The notes under the pieces: model-generated
Seen by the model: the letters and a program-made list of their open reading frames with translations, nothing else
What the model was told of the DNA's origin: nothing
Database searches by the model: none
Part shown: positions 52,924 through 53,648 of the stretch, piece by piece
Layout: each line of letters starts with the position of its first letter
How positions within the stretch are numbered: position 1 is the stretch's first letter
Source: Escherichia virus TH29
Strand: one strand, 5' to 3'
Length of the DNA stretch: 53,648 nt
Sequence record: MT446403.1
Program-made: the position numbers and the translations under genes

Positions 52924-53648
52924 TCAATTCCAACTAATGTCGAATACTCTTCTTGCAAACAGGACAAGTGATGAATCTGTATGCAAAGTATCCTCGGTCA
53001 TTCTTTCCTGTGTACATCTTTAAGTCAGAGAACACGTAAGATATTGCAGAGAAACATACCCACACTGGCGTGTGAATGTTACGTTATCCTTTTCCAAAAC
53101 TTTTATCATTTCAATTCCAACTAATGTTTCAGAATTATTCCAATATTCCAAACAAAAAGAATAATAAGAATAAATTAAAAATAAATGAAGAAAGTTCTTG
53201 ACACCCATTTGGCGATAGGTGTATAATGCCTTTCTTCCCTAAGAGGTCAGAATCAAATCCCACTAATGTTTCAGACGAAGTGCCGAAGGCGAATCCTCTC
53301 CCAAACCCGCTTGGAACAAGATGCCTCCGGCCTGGAACTATACTGCTTTCCAATCTGAATCAAACAGTTCCTTTGGTCTTGAATAAATTATCGAATTAAT
53401 TCCCAAGAAAGTGTGATTTCCATACTTCTTAACTTCCTGGTAAGCAAATCCATCTACCCAATTACCGCAGTGGGTTTTAATCTTTGTAGCAAACAGAATT
53501 CGGTAGTAGTGACCACGTGGCTGGTGGAAGAGAATATCTTCTGGCTTGATTGAGTTGATATTTAAATCAGACATTTAAGAACAATACCCCTTCGGAGAAG
53601 ATGTAGTCACTGCCGTAATCTTTGGTGATTGCATCCCAATCAATATAT
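52924..53648. repeat. Right copy of direct terminal repeat (identical to 1-725)
   Basis: Exact repeat of the left end, including the three motif copies, the sigma70 promoter (53198-53227) and the 78-aa ORF (53338-53574). Confidence 0.9.

Noticed and set aside
1-53648. Presence of nrdA, integrase, repressor or other lysogeny genes
   Set aside because: No ORF shows NrdA-like, tyrosine/serine recombinase or CI-like features on inspection; absence cannot be proven without homology searches.

Overview
The window appears to be a complete linear dsDNA phage genome: about 52.9 kb of unique sequence bounded by an exact 725-bp direct terminal repeat (1-725 = 52924-53648). Essentially every credible gene is on the minus strand, so transcription runs right to left. 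From the right end the order is: small early genes separated by three long GC-richer non-coding stretches; a nucleotide-metabolism and replication module (ThyX-like, HNH-AP2 endonuclease, T7 gp4-like primase-helicase, family A DNA polymerase, SSB-like protein, 5'-3' exonuclease, HNH-like nuclease, ATP-dependent ligase, P-loop kinase, dUTPase); a packaging and head module (large terminase, portal, protease/scaffold, head protein with Ig-like frameshift extension, major capsid); a contractile-tail module (sheath, tube, chaperone with -1 frameshift, tape measure with lytic transglycosylase domain, baseplate, three tail fibres); a holin plus SleB-like hydrolase; an orphan host-like nrdB; a compact T7-like single-subunit RNA polymerase flanked by repeat-rich non-coding DNA; and about 8 kb of small genes including an M15 endolysin and an HNH endonuclease. 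No integrase or repressor was recognised, so the phage looks virulent. The architecture (about 53 kb, terminal repeats, myovirus tail, single-subunit RNAP) is reminiscent of Chaseviridae-like phages of Enterobacteriaceae, but that placement is a recollection, not a search result. All calls rest on motif recognition by eye and the supplied ORF track; no BLAST, HMM, tRNA or RNA-folding search was run. Many ORF-track starts are non-ATG and most start coordinates are approximate. The most notable observations are two canonical -1 frameshift sites, a conserved CCAACTAATGT motif upstream of early and late-left genes and at the repeat boundary, a perfect sigma70 promoter in the terminal repeat pointing against all genes, a palindrome-rich control region and iteron block around the RNAP gene, and a tRNA-like element in the early region.
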